NCBI GenBank assembly: GCA_036337435.1
Contig: JAYZEG010000070.1
Location: 1 to 21,124 of the forward strand
Direction of reading: 5' to 3'
Source: Myxococcota bacterium
Lineage (GTDB): Bacteria > Myxococcota_A > Bradymonadia > UBA7976 > UBA1532
Length of the DNA stretch: 21,124 nucleotides
Position 1 is the first letter of the stretch. Each line of letters opens with the position of its first letter. Below, piece after piece: positions 17,531-21,124 of the stretch. The notes beneath the pieces were generated by a model. The model did no database searches, was not told where the DNA came from, and was given only the letters and a program-made list of their open reading frames with translations. The position numbers and the translations under genes were made by a program.

Positions 17531-18702
17531 AATGCCAGCTGAGTTGTGTTGAATGTGGTCAGACCTATGCGCCACTTCAGGTCCGCTATCGTTGTGATTG
17601 TGGTGGCACCCTCGATGTCCTTCACAAGGACACGGCACTGAATCAGGTTCCACTCGAGACTTTTGACAGACGGTTGGCGTCTAAATTGCCAGCAGACAAG
17701 TCTGGTGTGTGGCGGTTTCGTGAATTCATTCTGCCTGTTGATGAGACTGACATTTGTACACGTGGAGAGGGGAATACCGGACTTTATCGGAGCCAGACAC
17801 TAGCCAATTACGTCGGGCTGTCCTCTATCGCTTTGAAACACGAGGGAGAAAATCCGACCGGTTCGTTCAAAGACCGTGGAATGACGGTCGGAATCACCAT
17901 GGCAAAAAAATTAGGGTTTGAGAGGGTCGCCGTGGCGTCCACCGGCAATACGAGTGCCTCTCTTGCGGCCTATGCGGCCATGGTTGGCTTACAAGCGGTT
18001 ATTTTTATTCCCAACGGTCAAATTGCCCTGGGCAAATTGGGGCAGGCGTTGGCATACGGCGCACGAACGCTGCAAATCGATGGGGATTTTGATGACGCGA
18101 TGGCACTGGTGGAATCATTCAGTGCCAACGAGGGTCTGTATTTGCTCAATTCGGTCAATCCTTTTCGCATTGAAGGCCAGAAGGCGATCGGTTTTGAAAT
18201 TCTCCAAGATTTGGACTGGCGAGTGCCCGATTGGATCGTTGTGCCTGGTGGGAACTTGGGGAACAACTCAGCGATCACAAAAGGAATGATTGAACTCTAC
18301 GAGCTTGGACTTATCGACAGATTACCACGGGTTGCGGTGATCCAGGCCGACGGGGCCAACCCGCTGCATGTGGCTTGGACAGGCGGGGGGGCCCTACAGC
18401 CTCAAAAAGCAAAAACGTTGGCGACTGCAATTAAAATCGGGACTCCCATTTCATTTACCAAAAGCCTTCGTGGTTTAAGGCGTGTAAACGGCTGGGTCGA
18501 CTCGGTCTCCGATGACGATATTCTGGAGGCGAAAGCTGTCGTCGATTCGAGCGGTATCGGTGCTGAGCCTGCGTCATGCGCATCGATTGCGGGTGTCCGA
18601 AAGATGGTTCGTAATGGGATTATAGGGGCGTCAGATAAAGTGGTTGCCGTGTTGACTGGCCATGTTCTAAAGGATCCGGGCATCGTCTTTGACTTTAAGT
18701 AA
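17527..18702 (+). CDS. thrC: Threonine synthase (fold-type II PLP); C-terminus possibly truncated, in-frame coding-like sequence continues to 18795
   Basis: N-terminal CVEC...CDCGG; GEGNT; KHEGENPTGSFKDRG; ASTGNTS; NSVNPFRIEGQK; VPGGNLGN; ATAIKIG; VLTGHVLKDP. ATGA overlap with thrB. Confidence 0.93.
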   Translation: MKCQLSCVECGQTYAPLQVRYRCDCGGTLDVLHKDTALNQVPLETFDRRLASKLPADKSGVWRFREFILPVDETDICTRGEGNTGLYRSQTLANYVGLSSIALKHEGENPTGSFKDRGMTVGITMAKKLGFERVAVASTGNTSASLAAYAAMVGLQAVIFIPNGQIALGKLGQALAYGARTLQIDGDFDDAMALVESFSANEGLYLLNSVNPFRIEGQKAIGFEILQDLDWRVPDWIVVPGGNLGNNSAITKGMIELYELGLIDRLPRVAVIQADGANPLHVAWTGGGALQPQKAKTLATAIKIGTPISFTKSLRGLRRVNGWVDSVSDDDILEAKAVVDSSGIGAEPASCASIAGVRKMVRNGIIGASDKVVAVLTGHVLKDPGIVFDFK

Positions 18703-18808
18703 AAAAAATTAGAAACGACTGTATCGAATAACTTTAAGAATACACCGATTCAGGTGCCAGCTAATATCGATGCCATAAGGCGTGCATTGGAATAACCGCA
18801 GTTGATTG

Positions 18809-18880
18809 GGCTCATAGCTTGCCGCGTAAGCCAGGATTGTGTGCTGGTATCGATGCCGGGCCAATGAGCCATTTTTTTTT
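18809..18880 (+). terminator. Structured element followed by a T9 tract; probable terminator of the thr operon
   Basis: GGCTCAT (18809-18815) pairs with ATGAGCC (18864-18870) and encloses two small hairpins; it is followed by A and nine Ts (18872-18880). Confidence 0.45.
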
Positions 18881-18910
18881 GATGGCGTAGGCCATCGCCT
18901 TGGGGGGGCA

Positions 18911-19786
18911 ATGAAACTCTGTATCGCAACATGCTCGAATTTGCCCGACTGGGAACGAGATGACGAGCCATTCTTTCAGGCGCTGGAAGATGCGGGGGTG
19001 GCGCATCAACTTAGAGCTTGGGATGAGCCCGATGTGGACTGGGGGCAGTTTGACGCTTGCCTGATTCGAACGACATGGGACTACATGGAACGAAAGGATG
19101 AGTTTGTTCGTTGGGCTCAGGCTGTTGAGTCCGTTACCGAGCTATTTAATCCGGCGTCGGTTGTGAACTGGAATACCGACAAACGTTACTTGTTGGATTT
19201 AGAACGGGCCGGAGTTGAAATCGCACCAACCATCTGGCTCGAGAAAAATAACCCATATGATCTGGCAAAATTGATGCAATCGCGGGGCTGGCGACATGGT
19301 TTTCTAAAGCCGACCGTCGGCGCATCTGCACGAGAGACCCTTCGCTTCGAGCCGGCCGGGTATGCTCACGCCCAAGTCTTTCTGGATAGAGTTCTGGCAA
19401 GAGAGTCCATGATGCTGCAGCCCTATCTACAGAGCGTTGAAACAAGTGGGGAACTGTCGGCTGTATACTTCGATGGCCAATTTTCCCATTCTGTTCAGAA
19501 GATCCCAGTGCCAGGCGATTACCGAGTCCAAGACGATTATGGTGCGACCGACTTTGCAGTGGAGATGGATGCCGCCCTAAGGGCCAAAACCGAGTCTACC
19601 CTGATGGTCGCACAGCGTTTACTGGGTCTTGAAAAGGCACTTCTGTACGCTCGGGTTGACTATATTCAACTTGATTCAGGACAACATGTCCTCAATGAGC
19701 TTGAGTTGGTCGAGCCGTCCCTCTTTTTTAGACACTCGCCCCATGGGGCTGGTCGATTGGTCGCTGCTCTCGTTAAGCGTCTTTAG
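18911..19786 (+). CDS. ATP-grasp enzyme (RimK/glutathione-synthetase-like fold, DcsG-like subfamily)
   Basis: G-rich RBS before ATG 18911; IRTTWDY, WNTDKRYLLDL, KPTVGASA, GELSAVYFDGQFSHSVQK, DYRVQDDYG, YARVD, NELELVEPSLF. Confidence 0.75.
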   Translation: MKLCIATCSNLPDWERDDEPFFQALEDAGVAHQLRAWDEPDVDWGQFDACLIRTTWDYMERKDEFVRWAQAVESVTELFNPASVVNWNTDKRYLLDLERAGVEIAPTIWLEKNNPYDLAKLMQSRGWRHGFLKPTVGASARETLRFEPAGYAHAQVFLDRVLARESMMLQPYLQSVETSGELSAVYFDGQFSHSVQKIPVPGDYRVQDDYGATDFAVEMDAALRAKTESTLMVAQRLLGLEKALLYARVDYIQLDSGQHVLNELELVEPSLFFRHSPHGAGRLVAALVKRL

Positions 19787-21123
19787 AGATTCCGCGAGGT
19801 AACACTTAGGGTGTAGGGTTCGCACGAGAACGTCGGGCCATCCTCGGGTGCACGGACACGCATCAACAGTCGAACCGAATCATCGATTTGACAAAAAGCC
19901 CGCCTGACGAAAGTGAACGTGATGCTGTCTTCTCCATCTTCGGCCCCACGACACTGTTCCTCCACAAGCACCCGACCACGGCAGGCTTCTGAAATCAATC
20001 GCGATTCAGCAGCCACTGCGACGCAGAGCTCTAGGTCCACGTCAGCCGGAATGTTGCTAAGCTGAATTGTGGCCTCGTAATCCTGGTCAATTTCCAGGTA
20101 GTTCGGAATGCAGAAGTTGCGCCCCTCTTGGATGAGTAGATTGTACCAATCGGTATCGCCGTCAGGATAAATCGTAGCTGTGATATTGAGTGGGGCCTCT
20201 GTATTCTGAGGAATCGGTCCCAGGACTTCCCCACGAGAACATGTCTCGTTGGTTTCGTAAAAATCGACCATTAAATCTTCATCGGTCGCCCCATCACAAT
20301 CATTATCTTGGGCATCACAAACTTCTATTGAGGGCCTAACTTCACCCTGGCAAGCGAGGACACCGTTGGCACATGTCTGCGTGCCTCGTTGGCATGCACC
20401 AATGTCAGACCCTCCGCAAGGGCCGGGGACGATATCATCGACGACACCATTACAATTGTCATCGAGTCCATTGCAGAGTTCGTCTATCTCTCCGGGAAGA
20501 GTGGTCTCGGCTCCCCCTGGGTCTAAGCAGGGACCCCAGCGTCCATTGTCTCTGCATTCCGTGCGGCCGCGAACGCAAATGCCGATATTGGTTGAACAAC
20601 TCTCCGATTCTCCGGCTCTACATTCGCAATTTTCGTCTGTAGTCCCATCGCAGTCGTTGTCCAGTCCATCATTGCAGATTTCCTGCGCTGGCGAGGCGGC
20701 GTCGCATATACTCCAGCCGCCTTGTTGGCATGTTTGATTTCCCATGGAGCATTCACGATTGCAGGCTCGAAAAAGGTTTTCATCGATCGAACCATCGCAG
20801 TCATTGTCTTGATTATCGCAAATCTCAGCACCAACCTGGGGGGCAGTACAATTTCCCCAAACCCCGAGGCGGCATGTTTCACTGCCATTTCCGCAGCCAT
20901 TCATACAGTCTCTGGTCACGTTTTCATCGACTCGGCCATCGCAATCGTTGTCACGATTATCGCAGACCTCACTTTGGGGCATGGGGGCAGTGCAACCAAA
21001 CCAGCGTCCTGCTTGGCAAGTTTCTGCTCCGCCTCCACAAAGAGAGTTACATGCGCGCTGTAATCCACCTTCATCGATGCGGCCATCCAAATCATTATCC
21101 TGATTGTCACAAATCTCAGGGAA
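19783..21123 (-). CDS. Cys-rich surface protein, 5'-truncated by the window, with MopE-related repeats and a C-terminal PPC-like beta-sandwich domain
   Basis: The frame is open to the window edge (FPEICDNQDNDLDGRIDE...). Six repeats of the E-x-C-D/N...D-N-D-C-D-G-x-x-D-E type; C-terminal DFYETNETC...ATIYPDGDTDWY...DLEL...YTLSV. Confidence 0.8.
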   Translation of the reverse strand, partial: FPEICDNQDNDLDGRIDEGGLQRACNSLCGGGAETCQAGRWFGCTAPMPQSEVCDNRDNDCDGRVDENVTRDCMNGCGNGSETCRLGVWGNCTAPQVGAEICDNQDNDCDGSIDENLFRACNRECSMGNQTCQQGGWSICDAASPAQEICNDGLDNDCDGTTDENCECRAGESESCSTNIGICVRGRTECRDNGRWGPCLDPGGAETTLPGEIDELCNGLDDNCNGVVDDIVPGPCGGSDIGACQRGTQTCANGVLACQGEVRPSIEVCDAQDNDCDGATDEDLMVDFYETNETCSRGEVLGPIPQNTEAPLNITATIYPDGDTDWYNLLIQEGRNFCIPNYLEIDQDYEATIQLSNIPADVDLELCVAVAAESRLISEACRGRVLVEEQCRGAEDGEDSITFTFVRRAFCQIDDSVRLLMRVRAPEDGPTFSCEPYTLSVTSRNL

Positions 21124-21124
21124 G

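Noticed and set aside
18808..18871. Functional tRNA gene
   Set aside because: Too short, with no proper anticodon arm, D-loop GG or TTC motif; kept only as a structured-element finding.
19783..21124. CRISPR array or DNA tandem repeat in the recurring gtcatt/atcgca-type motifs (also 279-1340)
   Set aside because: The repeats are degenerate at codon third positions and correspond to protein-level Cys/Asp motifs.

Overview
Gene-dense chromosomal window. Cys/Asp-rich 'C-N-x-x-D-D-D-C-D-G-x-x-D-E' surface repeats, several lipoproteins and Asp/Gly-rich linkers suggest a Myxococcota/Bradymonadales-like deltaproteobacterium (inference). Both ends cut through Cys-rich repeat proteins. Left to right, the window holds: a lipoprotein combining a c-type heme motif, FG-GAP repeats and TPRs; a tightly coupled minus-strand cluster (cysK-like, YeiH-type exporter, Tat-exported Mo sulfite dehydrogenase, monoheme cytochrome c, penicillin-acylase-family Ntn hydrolase, small secreted protein); a thermolysin/fungalysin-like protease whose FTP+PepSY propeptide is a separate gene; a divergent thrABC operon; and an ATP-grasp enzyme. 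Main observations: (1) the CysK ends in a Pro/Gly linker plus 'DFII', resembling the CysE tail that plugs CysK active sites; (2) the sulfur/acylase operon itself; (3) the split protease; (4) a MYXO-CTERM-like tail on the cytochrome; (5) an in-frame stop in thrC followed by an apparently conserved C-terminal segment; (6) a structured RNA element after thrC. No mobile elements, CRISPR, rRNA or canonical tRNA were seen. All calls come from motif recognition only; no searches were run.
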